Positions 7,821 through 18,637 are shown, counted from the first letter of the stretch. The stretch: DNA of 64,000 nt from a phage (GCA_018015315.1 GCA_018015315.1_3629.1), one strand, 5' to 3'. The notes: generated by a model not told the origin, from the sequence alone. Translations and numbers: made by a program.

Positions 7821-10800
7821 TTAACGAGAGAAAGTTGCATAAGCTTCAAGATCATACTGCTGATCACCAGGAAGCATGGCACCTATGGAGCCAAACCCCA
7901 TGACCCTGCCTTCTACTGCCAACTGCAGTCTGAACCCTACCCATCCGGAACTTCTTGCAGCCTCGATGTTATCGCTATACCCGAAAGTAGCAAGCTCGTC
8001 AACTCCAGATCCGAACAGCAACTGGATCTGATTTCTCGGAAGCCCTATAATTTCAGGAATATATGCTCCGAAGTACACCATTTGCCCTACTTTAGGACCG
8101 CTGCCATACTCCATCGGTCTGCTTGCAGAGAAAGTCTTCATTCCTGAAGTCCCTGCCGGATTTGGGTATGCCCCGTTTGTTGCTCTGCCTATCCACATTC
8201 TCCACTGTGGTGTCATCTGTTTGACAGTGAAAGATGTTGAAGACGTCTTGCGGCCTGCATCATCCGTAACTACAAACGTTATGTTGACATTACCGGGCGC
8301 TTTAAATGTTACCAGTCCTGTGTTAGCATCAACAGTTGCTATGCCAGTATTACTACTTTCCCAAGTCTTTCTGATCCCTGTTACGTTGGAAGGGGTGATA
8401 GAGGGTTCCTGCATCTGCAGTTTACCGCCAACAATACCTATGCCATTGCCAGGGTTATACAACACCCCAACCTCATCTACAATATTCCCAGCCTTGAGGC
8501 TGTATTTTCTTGAGAAGTTGTAGGTTCCGTTATAAGTATGTGTCCCTGAGAATGTGACATCGGCCTTGCCGTGGGAGATGCAAACCAAAGCATACTTCCT
8601 GTCAGGCAATGTAGCCCCGGTCTCTGGGTGAGTTTTACCCACTTGGAACACGCCAGGATCGGTAGAGTCGTGGCTATCCCTGATAGAGCTTGGACCACCC
8701 ATTAACTGAGACAAGCAATCCCTTACCCACGTCCAGTTATTATCACTGGAGAAGTCAACAGTCAAATCAAACACAACCCACTCGTTAGGCTTCCAAACAG
8801 GTGTTGTAATAGACTTGCCTACGCCACCACCCTGAAGGGTAGATGACTGCTCAGTGATCAATGCTGCATAAGCCAAAGTCCCTAAACGCAAGGTCTGGCT
8901 TGCGGTTCTCACCACCTTAGAATCGGCATCTGTGAAGTTGTTGATAACCTGGAAGGTGCCATAAGTGTTTTTACAGGTGATTCTTGCATTCAGTGTGTCA
9001 ATCTTTCTCACATCTGCCATGGCAGTGTTAGACACAGAGAAGTCAGAAGCTTTGGCTGAGTTTGCTGCAACAACCGGAACAACGTTAAGAGTTGCGTTGA
9101 ACTGGCAAGCAGGAGTAACCAGCAGCCTGTTATCACCTATTTGCTTCCATGAAACACTTTGAACAGGTAGATTCCATTTGATACCTGAGAAAACTTTAGC
9201 AACCCTTGGTCCCAGAGCTCCAGTCCTGTTGTCTTTACAACACATAGACATGGTGATCGTTGACGGAGTGGCCTGACCAAACAATTGCTGTGCTTTTGCA
9301 GAAGACATGGTGTAGAAATTGTCCTTAACAAACTCATCAGCTGCTAACGATCCGTCAGATTTCCACCACTGCACCTGATACCCTGTCTTATCCCAGCCCC
9401 CAACCTGCTTCAAGTCTTCCCAAGAGATTTCCAGATCTCCCGTGGTAGGATTGATTGCAGCAGTCCCTGGTGTGCCGGATGACCACAATGGAATATCGAA
9501 CCACGCTGGTTTAACAGATTGCACTGCGTTAGGACCTATTGCAGCAGCAAGTTGTTGGCCCATCAATACGCGAGCATCTTTTACCAGACCCCACTCAATC
9601 ATGGATCCAGAGTAACCTTCTTTCTTGTAGGCCGAGGATCCGTTTAAGTGGATAAGTCTGCTTGTGCCGAAGTTATACGCTCCACCACCGTTGTCGTCTG
9701 CAAAGTTGTACACAATTCTATCCCTGGTGTCTTTCCACGCTCTACCACCTATTTCATAGTTGTGGTCATAGCAACGTTGCAGTGTTGTCCAGCAAATGAT
9801 AGCCATCCTTCTGCCATTGCTGAAGCCGAAGGCATTATCGTTAAGCTCTCTCCACAAATAGCAGTTGGTAGTCCACATGGCTCTGTGGATGTTAAACCAG
9901 TTGACAGATCTTGCAGCATTGTTGTAGTCGGTTCCCTCTAGAGTAGGCCACACTGCATTAACCAGCATGTCTTCTGTCCCCGCATCCATCAGGAATCCTC
10001 TTACCTTTTTACCCATTCCTACTCTGTCTTTAGCAATCCAGCTGCCAAACAGTCTCAGTTTGGGGCCAATAACAGTTTCCTCCGGATGCTCAAGAGAAAC
10101 ATATTTCAAGTGTACTGTAGGATCACCATAGGTGCCATCGCAGACACTTTTGTGCATGTTTTCACCAAGGTCCAGACGAATACCTGTAAGAGTTTTTGTG
10201 TTGTCTGTGAGTTTGTCTGTCAAGTCAAACTCATACCACCACCATCCAGCACCTAACAATACCTTCTTACAACGCTGTGCATCTGTATCAGATATTCTCT
10301 TATCCCCTGCAAAAGGCGAATCTGCAAATTGGTAGTGCAGAGCAATTTCAAACGGGTGTGTTGATGTTCCGTTTTCAGCAGGAACTTGCTTACCTATCAG
10401 GTCGCACTTAATGATCATCACGACACGTCTGTATCCATTGGCTACCGGAACGTCGAACGGATACTTCTCTCCGTTCATATTTGCATGGACAGACGAGAAG
10501 ACTATATACGGGTCAACAGCATTACCCAGGGTTTCAGGACCAGGGATCATTTTGTATTTCTTGACTTGCCCCATAATATAGTCGCTGCCATAGGTTGCAG
10601 CCTCGAAGCAAGATCCCCCGTTAGGTAGTTCCCCCGGACCCCAGAAAAATGCGCCATAACAGTTATAAAACCACTTGTTAGGGTCGTATTTGTTCTTGAA
10701 GGTCTGAACCTCGTTGGCCTGTTTTGTCAAGAAAACCTGCGTATCTGTGAAGATTGCAGGGTTTACTCTCGCCTGACGCGGAGGGTAACCTGTAGTCTGG

Positions 10801-13457
10801 TTAAACCACTGATTACAAGAGATATCTCTCATATAGTCATAATCGGAATATTTGTTTGCATCTTCGTTCCAACACAGGTTCAGGTTGGTGCCGCCCATGC
10901 ACACAATATATTCTGTGACATATTTATCACTTCTGGTTGGGATTCCTATGAACCATCTGTTAACAGGCTCGTCCCAAGCTGTCCGCTCATCTTTAACGCA
11001 GATAGCGATCCAGTCATGTGTTCCTGTTTTCTTGCACACATCGCGCTTCATACCATAATAAAACTCTTTAGTATTTGGCTCAGGTGCATTTATCAGGTAA
11101 CTCCACGCCTGATTTGCATAGGTTCCATTGGTGCGAGGATCATGGTCAAAGGCATACATGATGATCCTTTCTCCACCAAGATGTTCACCGAGGGTAACTT
11201 TGATGTTTACATCACCGTAACCGTTACGAACTATATCCATATTGTCAATAGAGATGCCTCTAGGGGTGTAGGCAATTTTCAGAGAACTATCTTCACTGGT
11301 ACCACCCAGAGTAATACCTATATTGTTTGTTGTTCCATCAACATATTTTACTGTAGCTTCCCAACGTATCCCGAAATACCCTGCGTTGTGGCTAACAACT
11401 TTCAGTGTGCGAGCACCTGGGTGAGGCTTACCAGGATCAGGCCATGGATCAGCATGCTCGTGCACTGTTAACGATGTTCCGTTCTGCTCGTTAACCTGCA
11501 GCATCTTCCCGCCTTTGCCGTTAGGGTTGAACTCCCACAAGGCTTGTGTTTTCACAAGATTGTCATAGATACTGCGTCTCTGGTCGTAGATCTCCTGGGT
11601 CACATCATACGTGGTAGATCCGGCATCTTGCCTGTGAAGCCTAACCATATATGCTGTATCGCTTTCTGGAGCAGGCTGAGAGCCGTTAAGCCCAAAGTAT
11701 ACAGTATCGTTTACATGGAACTGTTTCTTCCTGCCAACAGTGTGCCATTTGCCGTCTGACGGATATGCAGGAACTATAATGTTCCAGTTTAAGTTTCGTG
11801 TGGTGTGGGTTCTTCCAGCGCCATGTTTATCATGATAGGTGATCTTGACAGAATACAGACCGCGTCTGTTGATGTTACGGTTATGCTGGGTAACCACAAT
11901 CTCGTTAGCACCGCCATGGTTCCAGTTAGTAGAGAACTGATAGTTTGCATCTGTAACAACAGTACCTGCAGCGTTCACGAGCTCAATCTTGTCAATAATG
12001 AACGTAGCACCCTCCGGTTGAGGTTTCAACTTCATTTTGACAGTGTCGCCAATGTATATATTGCTAACACTGCTTACACCATTGACATCAAAGATGTCTT
12101 CGATACTCCAGCTATCTACCGGAACATTTTTATACCAATTCTCAGGAATCTCTGTGAACCCTTGGCTGTTAAGTCTGCCGCCGAACAGGTTATTAGATCC
12201 TGAAAAACTACCACGTGGTATTCCTGACCACCAAAGCTTTCCATTTACCACACAGAATGTGCCTAAGAAACCTTCCCTGTGGATCCCTTGAAAATAAACG
12301 CTTTCTGTCCAGCTTACTGGCTCTGTCTGTTCAACAAACTTAGCTGTTGCCAGCGCTCTGTAATGAATAAAATTGGCCCTAGGATTATTATTAGCAGATT
12401 GAGCACCAATATCGTTACACAGGTTTCTGGAGAAACCACGGTACTGTTTTGTACCATTATTGAAGAAAATTCCACTAGTCCCGTACCCGCGAGCCATAAT
12501 TACTTCATGGGTATAGGTGATGTTAAGGCTTCTCCACGTGTCGTCACCCCAAACATCCTGACCATAAAACACATTAACAAGTTGTTGGTCATCAGGTTTG
12601 TGCATCCTTTCTGTGGCTATAATTGCCCCGTTAGGACCACACATAAACCCTTTCCACTCCTCATCTGCAGGAATGCCTCTCAAATCGTTACGAGTAATCT
12701 GCACAGGAGGCCAAACAAGGTCGTTTCTATTGTTATTTCTCAGAAAGTCGTATCCAGCAATCCAGAAACCTCTAGGACCACCGAAAATAACAGAGTTGTC
12801 ATGCACCTCGCAGTTGATGCTTGGGTTTTTCCAAGGTCCTGTTTCAGGATTTTCCGATGTCTCACCAATCTTTACAGGGGTTGCATGCTGATTTTTATCT
12901 ACATGCAAAGATCCGTAGGTGTTGTTACCAGATCCATATAGGTTAAGTATGCCAGTGCCTTCTGCCTCTGCAATAACCCAGACAGTGTTGTTAATACCAC
13001 CCATCACCTCAATAAGGCGCTCTGGGTGGGTGTCAAGGTGCAACCCTTTAACAATCTGTTCCGGAAGAGGTGTCCACTCGTTTACGCAAACATCATTACC
13101 GCCTGCCGCAGTGGATCCGATAAGACCTGCAGTGCAGCCGATGTAGAAAAACTGGTTATCAAAAGTCCGGATCACAAACGCACGGTCTGCTCTCCACACA
13201 TGATCAACATTCCAGGCTGTTTCGCTTGGGTAGTTTATAGGGTTACGATCCCCAGTGCGACACTCCCCGAACTTGTTATAGCCCGTAATATTAAGCTGAC
13301 CATCATCAAAAAGTATAGCTAAGCTATTTACATAGGATACTGTGTTGCTTGTACCATCACTGTTGTCTATTGGGTATGACAGAACAGCAAGTTCCTTAAT
13401 TCCACCCCTCTTATCGAGGAAATGACGACCAAGTTTTAGCAAAGGGATTGGAAGCAT
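7821..13457 (-). CDS. giant tail fiber / virion-associated protein (1878 aa)
   Basis: 5.6 kb ORF at the distal end of the tail-fiber block; bacterial Ig-like segment near the C-terminus; GGAG RBS upstream. Confidence 0.65.
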   Translation of the reverse strand: MLPIPLLKLGRHFLDKRGGIKELAVLSYPIDNSDGTSNTVSYVNSLAILFDDGQLNITGYNKFGECRTGDRNPINYPSETAWNVDHVWRADRAFVIRTFDNQFFYIGCTAGLIGSTAAGGNDVCVNEWTPLPEQIVKGLHLDTHPERLIEVMGGINNTVWVIAEAEGTGILNLYGSGNNTYGSLHVDKNQHATPVKIGETSENPETGPWKNPSINCEVHDNSVIFGGPRGFWIAGYDFLRNNNRNDLVWPPVQITRNDLRGIPADEEWKGFMCGPNGAIIATERMHKPDDQQLVNVFYGQDVWGDDTWRSLNITYTHEVIMARGYGTSGIFFNNGTKQYRGFSRNLCNDIGAQSANNNPRANFIHYRALATAKFVEQTEPVSWTESVYFQGIHREGFLGTFCVVNGKLWWSGIPRGSFSGSNNLFGGRLNSQGFTEIPENWYKNVPVDSWSIEDIFDVNGVSSVSNIYIGDTVKMKLKPQPEGATFIIDKIELVNAAGTVVTDANYQFSTNWNHGGANEIVVTQHNRNINRRGLYSVKITYHDKHGAGRTHTTRNLNWNIIVPAYPSDGKWHTVGRKKQFHVNDTVYFGLNGSQPAPESDTAYMVRLHRQDAGSTTYDVTQEIYDQRRSIYDNLVKTQALWEFNPNGKGGKMLQVNEQNGTSLTVHEHADPWPDPGKPHPGARTLKVVSHNAGYFGIRWEATVKYVDGTTNNIGITLGGTSEDSSLKIAYTPRGISIDNMDIVRNGYGDVNIKVTLGEHLGGERIIMYAFDHDPRTNGTYANQAWSYLINAPEPNTKEFYYGMKRDVCKKTGTHDWIAICVKDERTAWDEPVNRWFIGIPTRSDKYVTEYIVCMGGTNLNLCWNEDANKYSDYDYMRDISCNQWFNQTTGYPPRQARVNPAIFTDTQVFLTKQANEVQTFKNKYDPNKWFYNCYGAFFWGPGELPNGGSCFEAATYGSDYIMGQVKKYKMIPGPETLGNAVDPYIVFSSVHANMNGEKYPFDVPVANGYRRVVMIIKCDLIGKQVPAENGTSTHPFEIALHYQFADSPFAGDKRISDTDAQRCKKVLLGAGWWWYEFDLTDKLTDNTKTLTGIRLDLGENMHKSVCDGTYGDPTVHLKYVSLEHPEETVIGPKLRLFGSWIAKDRVGMGKKVRGFLMDAGTEDMLVNAVWPTLEGTDYNNAARSVNWFNIHRAMWTTNCYLWRELNDNAFGFSNGRRMAIICWTTLQRCYDHNYEIGGRAWKDTRDRIVYNFADDNGGGAYNFGTSRLIHLNGSSAYKKEGYSGSMIEWGLVKDARVLMGQQLAAAIGPNAVQSVKPAWFDIPLWSSGTPGTAAINPTTGDLEISWEDLKQVGGWDKTGYQVQWWKSDGSLAADEFVKDNFYTMSSAKAQQLFGQATPSTITMSMCCKDNRTGALGPRVAKVFSGIKWNLPVQSVSWKQIGDNRLLVTPACQFNATLNVVPVVAANSAKASDFSVSNTAMADVRKIDTLNARITCKNTYGTFQVINNFTDADSKVVRTASQTLRLGTLAYAALITEQSSTLQGGGVGKSITTPVWKPNEWVVFDLTVDFSSDNNWTWVRDCLSQLMGGPSSIRDSHDSTDPGVFQVGKTHPETGATLPDRKYALVCISHGKADVTFSGTHTYNGTYNFSRKYSLKAGNIVDEVGVLYNPGNGIGIVGGKLQMQEPSITPSNVTGIRKTWESSNTGIATVDANTGLVTFKAPGNVNITFVVTDDAGRKTSSTSFTVKQMTPQWRMWIGRATNGAYPNPAGTSGMKTFSASRPMEYGSGPKVGQMVYFGAYIPEIIGLPRNQIQLLFGSGVDELATFGYSDNIEAARSSGWVGFRLQLAVEGRVMGFGSIGAMLPGDQQYDLEAYATFSR

Positions 13458-13469
13458 TGTGTTCTCCAG

Positions 13470-13497
13470 ATAAGAAAACCGCCCCGTCAGGAGCGGT
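13470..13497 (-). terminator. rho-independent terminator after the 581-aa fiber gene
   Basis: 7-bp stem with one G-U pair, UGAC loop, then UUUUCUUAU on the minus-strand transcript. Confidence 0.5.
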
Positions 13498-13505
13498 TAG
13501 ATATA

Positions 13506-15251
13506 TTAACGTTGTGCAATTACTACGTCTACAATATCACCAACACCACAATACGTTAATTGCAGCAAGGTAACACTGTTAGCCTTGTTGTTAATAACAG
13601 GTGTTGCCGACAGGATAGCATACTTATCGTGCAAAGTCACGTTGTGACCTACAGCATCCTGAATGACATAGATAACTGCAGTGAATGGATAAGGTTTATC
13701 TTCCGCTGATGTCCCAGGCCACTGACCTATTGTAAAATCCCCTTTAGCGTGGACAACATACATACTGGCCTGCCCGTTAGGTGTCCATGTCCCACTGGAC
13801 GCGTCAACCTCCTCTAAATCAAAATCTACCTTTCCTGCGTGGAAAGTAGGGGCAGTAATGGTTTTACCCGCCTCAATTTCTTGAGAGGTGGTTATCTTAC
13901 CGCTGGAGTTAATGCCATTACAAACAAAGTTGACATTAGAGAAGTCTGGCAGCCACCCAGTCACTGTGCCGGATATTTCAAGGTTGTGAAGGTAGGTGGT
14001 TCCCGTACCTGCTGCGTTTAAACTAACATCTCCATTTACCTGCAAGTTTCGGGTAACGTTGCAGTTTTCAGAGTTTGCAGTTGTTGCAGTTAAAGTGGTG
14101 GTTGTCAGCTCGGTAATTGTACCTTTATTAGCTGTAAGCCCTTCTCCTTCAAAAGTTGCACGCTCATTAACTCTTAAGGTATTCAGAGCTATGTTTTGGA
14201 TAGAGGCCGTACCTCGAATAACTACAGACCCGCCAACCTCCAAATCGCCATTTATCAATGCATCACCAGTGCTTTCAATATAGCTAGGGTAGATCATGGT
14301 GCCATCGACAGAGTATGTTATCCCTGTAACGGTACCTGTCACCTCAAGGTTCTTAACCCTGGTGGTCCCATCGACCTGCAATGTCGGTTCGGTTGCTGCC
14401 TTCATGGCATTACCACGAATGTACACGTAGTCAAAAAAGTTATTACCCAGACCATCAAAATGCACATCGTTATTATTAGCCACTGGTTTCCCAGAAGTTA
14501 TAGTGTCAGCTATAACCCTGTGGGTGGACACTTCATGAGGTTGCAGCTCTGTACTTCTCCAGTCTGCATGCTTAGGATCGCTCCACGCAAAAGTAAGTGT
14601 AGAAGTATTTGCCGTGAGGATTAGATTCCTAAAGCGTGCAGTAGAATCTGCCCCATTAACAGGTCCATGTAAGGTAAGGGTGCCACCAACTATGGTGTTA
14701 GCAAGTTCTGTAAGACCTTTTACCACCAAAGACCCTACAGTAACCTTCATCCCCTCCATAGCTTCAAATATGCTATCTACATAGTCAACAACAAACTCTG
14801 TGTTTGCTATAGACTCAGACTTATCGTCCATTGGAGGCGTAGGTACTCGCGGGTCACCTTCGAACCTTGGGCTGTTAAGTTTTGCGTAGTATTTTGCCAT
14901 TACTGCAGAGTCGGTATATAATCTCCAGTTTGGAGATTGTGAAGGATCTGCTGGCATTCTAACCGGGTTAGATTTTGATGCTGCGGGAGCGTACCACCAC
15001 TGAGGGCCTGTGTCCCCTTTAAACTCATATAGCTGGTTAAAAACTGTTGTGGATGCACCATACGCCCAAGGGATCGGCGGCGTTTTAAAATAAAGGGTGT
15101 CAAGCATGGCTTTTCGTACCGTAGGGATGGTGGTCCCATCCTCTACGACAACTTCATCCACAGCGTTACCGTTGACAATCAGGTGCAAACGTTCAGAATC
15201 AACAATTACTTGATCTACCGCCTGCTCAAAGCTTGTCATGTCTTGCGCCAT
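13506..15251 (-). CDS. tail fiber protein
   Basis: 581 aa; Thr/Gly/Asn-rich repetitive beta-strand-like sequence typical of fibers; sits in the fiber gene block. Confidence 0.6.
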   Translation of the reverse strand: MAQDMTSFEQAVDQVIVDSERLHLIVNGNAVDEVVVEDGTTIPTVRKAMLDTLYFKTPPIPWAYGASTTVFNQLYEFKGDTGPQWWYAPAASKSNPVRMPADPSQSPNWRLYTDSAVMAKYYAKLNSPRFEGDPRVPTPPMDDKSESIANTEFVVDYVDSIFEAMEGMKVTVGSLVVKGLTELANTIVGGTLTLHGPVNGADSTARFRNLILTANTSTLTFAWSDPKHADWRSTELQPHEVSTHRVIADTITSGKPVANNNDVHFDGLGNNFFDYVYIRGNAMKAATEPTLQVDGTTRVKNLEVTGTVTGITYSVDGTMIYPSYIESTGDALINGDLEVGGSVVIRGTASIQNIALNTLRVNERATFEGEGLTANKGTITELTTTTLTATTANSENCNVTRNLQVNGDVSLNAAGTGTTYLHNLEISGTVTGWLPDFSNVNFVCNGINSSGKITTSQEIEAGKTITAPTFHAGKVDFDLEEVDASSGTWTPNGQASMYVVHAKGDFTIGQWPGTSAEDKPYPFTAVIYVIQDAVGHNVTLHDKYAILSATPVINNKANSVTLLQLTYCGVGDIVDVVIAQR

Positions 15252-15260
15252 GATTTCTCC

Positions 15261-15527
15261 TTAAGCTTTTTGCTCTTCGTTTTTAACGTGGTCAGGGTGC
15301 TGGCAACCCCACCGGAGCGAGATGAATTTGCTAATAAGCTGGGGGCAGGCTACTGAAGGTGCATATATCCACGCATACCATTCAGGAAGCGTATCATTAT
15401 ACCCCATATGAATAAACACCCCAGTCATCACCGCCATGCCTATGTTCGACCATAGCTTAGATTGGGATACTTTCGTAGGGTCATCAGATGCCGCAACCAG
15501 TCCCCATAAAAACTGAGTTAGTTTCAT
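15261..15527 (-). CDS. small membrane protein (candidate holin-like or fiber-associated)
   Basis: 88 aa; hydrophobic segments (LWSNIGMAVMTGVFIHMGY, WYAWIYAPSVA) and charged C-terminal tail (HVKNEEQKA). Confidence 0.4.
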   Translation of the reverse strand: MKLTQFLWGLVAASDDPTKVSQSKLWSNIGMAVMTGVFIHMGYNDTLPEWYAWIYAPSVACPQLISKFISLRWGCQHPDHVKNEEQKA

Positions 15528-15538
15528 TTACCCTCTTT

Positions 15539-16585
15539 TTAAGCATAAGATATAGTGATCCATTGACCATTTACAAGTTTTTGGATAGCACCTGTCCAGT
15601 AGTCACCTTGATAAGGGTGTTTATAAGCGTAGTTACCAGAGCACATCACATGTCCAGGGTAGACTCTTGACTCTCTGTAGGTGGTTTTGAAACGGTTTGC
15701 TATCCTTACATCATCAACCCCTCTGCTAGGCATAGGAATAGTAAGGTTACCACTACTGTCTGCGCCGTTACCATTTACCCTGCGGACCACGTTTCTTCCA
15801 CCAACTGTTGCATATTGGCCCCTGACGGTTTCATCGTTACAATCAACTCTTCCACCTATTTGAGCGCTTCCGCAGGATTGTTGTCCATTAACAGTGGCTC
15901 TTGGTATAGTAACTGCATTGGCATTTGCAGAGGAACTTTTTGCATCGTTGCATTCAAGATTTCCTTGGATAGCCAGTCTTGCACGGTTGGCAGTTATAGC
16001 ATTGAGCTTCATAGCCGAAAACACAGGATGCCCACCAGAAGGTTGAAATCTCCAACGGAACCCGTCTATTTGGTGAGAAGGATCATCAAGGTCTGTGCCG
16101 TCAGCACCGCCGATGTTGTCCATAATCCAGAAGTCCATAGTCGTCTTGTCTGGAGTTATGGTGGTATATATTGCCGCATTGTCTGTTGACGCAGATGCAA
16201 ACTCGATTCTTTGAAGACCTAAAGTTTGAGTCTGAGTCATTATGTCTCCAGACTTGTCAACATACAGATCGTCCATTTCTTCAGGCGAGTATACATTGAG
16301 AACTTGACGTGCAGCAGCTTTGTCTGGAACGTCTGCTAGATTATTAGTGACCCTTAAGAATCTATTGTCCCATCCTGGGACAACATCCTCTGTTAAATGC
16401 TTTAACCACGCAGAAAGCATGTGAAGTTCAAAGTTAACAACTTCACATGCCACTCTTTGTGTCATATCCCAACCTTTCAATCTCTCTTCTTTTTTTGGTT
16501 GAGATTTATTCAACTCTCCCGTATTTTCAAGCACAACATCCTGATTGGCCCAAATATCAAGAGGGATAACTGGTTTAGTCATCAC
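15539..16585 (-). CDS. tail fiber protein, paralog A
   Basis: 348 aa; N-terminal region and C-terminus (QKLVNGQWITISYA) paralogous to 17597..18637; KSGDxMTQ motif like the GDTMTG motif common in phage fibers. Confidence 0.65.
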   Translation of the reverse strand: MMTKPVIPLDIWANQDVVLENTGELNKSQPKKEERLKGWDMTQRVACEVVNFELHMLSAWLKHLTEDVVPGWDNRFLRVTNNLADVPDKAAARQVLNVYSPEEMDDLYVDKSGDIMTQTQTLGLQRIEFASASTDNAAIYTTITPDKTTMDFWIMDNIGGADGTDLDDPSHQIDGFRWRFQPSGGHPVFSAMKLNAITANRARLAIQGNLECNDAKSSSANANAVTIPRATVNGQQSCGSAQIGGRVDCNDETVRGQYATVGGRNVVRRVNGNGADSSGNLTIPMPSRGVDDVRIANRFKTTYRESRVYPGHVMCSGNYAYKHPYQGDYWTGAIQKLVNGQWITISYA

Positions 16586-16671
16586 GTTCTCCTGAGAAAA
16601 TTCCTTAGGACTATTTTAACACTTTAGGGAACAAAATGCAAGAACGGAGTCCTTTCCGTCCTGACCTTTGT

Positions 16672-16986
16672 TTACCTTTTACTATGCTCTACAAGCATGT
16701 GCAAAATCTTTTGTACATCAGCTCTGATGCCGGAGACATCTGTCCTAACATCCTGCTTAAGGTCGTTAATATCGGCCTCTAGCTTGCTTAACCGAGTCTC
16801 GATAATAGAATCAAGTTTATCTTTTGTAACCATACTGTTTTTCACTAAGATGAGGTCTTTCTCCAGTTCATCCAACCTCTTGGAAATGCCTTTCCATTTG
16901 GTGTGCCACTGGTTGAAAGCCCATACACAGATCGGGACAACGGTACCCATGCAGATACCGTACAATGCCGCCAAATCCAACTCCAC
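16672..16986 (-). CDS. membrane-anchored coiled-coil protein
   Basis: 104 aa; one N-terminal hydrophobic helix (LAALYGICMGTVVPICVWAF) followed by heptad-like charged sequence. Confidence 0.4.
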   Translation of the reverse strand: MELDLAALYGICMGTVVPICVWAFNQWHTKWKGISKRLDELEKDLILVKNSMVTKDKLDSIIETRLSKLEADINDLKQDVRTDVSGIRADVQKILHMLVEHSKR

Positions 16987-16997
16987 AACACCTCCTC

Positions 16998-17582
16998 TTA
17001 GAGGGTAGGTCGCTCCGGGAAGAAAATGTCAGGGGCTTTAGATGTATCTATTTCAAGAAGTTTTACCCTGTACATTTTCAAATCTCTGATGTTACGTTTC
17101 TGGTCATCAGTAAGATCATATTCAAGGTCAATCATGTCTTGATAGGCACCAATTCTAGCAGTAGCCCAAGCAAGTTCTGTCTCTATGACACCCTCTGCCT
17201 GTTGAACAAAGAATTCATTGTCTGTGACAAATTCATCACCAACTAAACGCAAAGCGTCGTGGTGAAGCATAATGTTTTCTGGTACCTCTTCTTTTTTGGC
17301 GATAACCACACGAAGACCTGGAGCAGGCCATAGGGCATCAGGTTCTTCTGTAGATGTCTTAAGAATTCCCTTCTCGTCAACAAGTAGGAAGATACAACCA
17401 GGATTTTCTTGTCGTAATGTTCGTGACTGCACATACCAATCGCCATCATCATTACGTAAAAAATACCCAGTGTATGCGGTGTAATCCTCAACCTCTTGAG
17501 GGGTCAGCTCCTTGGTTCCCTTGTTGGGGAGGTATTCGCCAGATCCCGGTTGGTAAAGTTTAAACTCTTGAAGTATTTTCAT
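16998..17582 (-). CDS. tail fiber assembly protein (Tfa-like chaperone)
   Basis: 194 aa; C-terminus (LKMYRVKLLEIDTSKAPDIFFPERP) matches the conserved C-terminal signature of tail-fiber-assembly proteins; directly downstream of a fiber gene. Confidence 0.7.
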   Translation of the reverse strand: MKILQEFKLYQPGSGEYLPNKGTKELTPQEVEDYTAYTGYFLRNDDGDWYVQSRTLRQENPGCIFLLVDEKGILKTSTEEPDALWPAPGLRVVIAKKEEVPENIMLHHDALRLVGDEFVTDNEFFVQQAEGVIETELAWATARIGAYQDMIDLEYDLTDDQKRNIRDLKMYRVKLLEIDTSKAPDIFFPERPTL

Positions 17583-17596
17583 GCTAGTCCTCCGAT

Positions 17597-18637
17597 CTAT
17601 GCATAATTAACAGTGATCCATTGACCATTTACAAGTTTTTGTAAAGGTCCTGCCCAGTAGGTTGAACCACGCATCTCTTTTTTGTCACCGAAATGCCAAC
17701 CTGTGACAACGTAGCCGTTGCGAATTGGAGATTCGGAAACGCCGTCAACAAGTCTTGCACCGATTCTGATGTCTTGCACACCTGTCTGCGGGATAGTGAT
17801 CGTTACATCACCGTTGCCGTTAGCTGTCACTCCATTCACGGAGCGCACCACATTTCTGTTACCGACAACACAGTGCTGGCTTCTTACAACCATACTGTCA
17901 CAACTTGCACCACCATTAATATATACTGACCCAGCCGTCAACTGACTAGCCACATTACAGTTGGTGAATGTTGCTGTATTGCTGATAGTAAGGTTATTGC
18001 ACCTCATGTTATCGACAACTTCAACATTGCCTACCACTTTCAACAGCGCACGGTTAGCCGTGATCGCGTTAAGGTACATCAAAGTGAACTCTGGATTAAT
18101 ATCCGGCTGAGTTGGCTGGAATCTCCAACGAAACGCATCTACTGTAGATGTACCACCATCATCAAACGACCCAATATTATCACTTAACCCGAAGTCGAGA
18201 GTTGTCTTATCTGGGCCAATAGTTGTCTCTATCCAAGCCTTATCTGTCTCGGCAGCTTTAAAGTTGATACGTTGCAAACCCAATGGGCCTGTCATTGTAT
18301 CACCTGTAACTTTTACATACCTGGCGTCTGCCTCTTCCTTAGTAATAATCCCAAGGTTTCTACGGGCAACAGGAATGTTCAAAAGATCACTCAAGTTATT
18401 ATCACGTACCAGATAACGGCCTTCTTGAGCGGGGATCTGCTCGTCAGCAATGTATTTTGCCCAAGTTCCGAGCATATTGAAAATATAGTTAAGTTCTTCA
18501 CATGAGGGCTTTTGACCAAGATCCCAACCTTTTCTCCACAAATCATCAATCGGGCGTAGCCTGTTCTGTCTGTGGGTGTTAGGCAGAACCTGATCCTCCT
18601 CTGCCCAAATCTCTAATGGAAAACTAGGTTTTGACAT
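17597..18637 (-). CDS. tail fiber protein, paralog B
   Basis: 346 aa; VTGDTMTGPL motif; C-terminus QKLVNGQWITVNYA nearly identical to paralog A. Confidence 0.7.
   Translation of the reverse strand: MSKPSFPLEIWAEEDQVLPNTHRQNRLRPIDDLWRKGWDLGQKPSCEELNYIFNMLGTWAKYIADEQIPAQEGRYLVRDNNLSDLLNIPVARRNLGIITKEEADARYVKVTGDTMTGPLGLQRINFKAAETDKAWIETTIGPDKTTLDFGLSDNIGSFDDGGTSTVDAFRWRFQPTQPDINPEFTLMYLNAITANRALLKVVGNVEVVDNMRCNNLTISNTATFTNCNVASQLTAGSVYINGGASCDSMVVRSQHCVVGNRNVVRSVNGVTANGNGDVTITIPQTGVQDIRIGARLVDGVSESPIRNGYVVTGWHFGDKKEMRGSTYWAGPLQKLVNGQWITVNYA

Noticed and set aside
8221-13322. Many 60-220-aa plus-strand ORFs (e.g. 8221..8523, 11016..11471, 12279..12941) inside the 1878-aa gene
   Set aside because: They lie antisense to one continuous 5.6 kb ORF, have no RBS and no operon context; treated as shadow ORFs.
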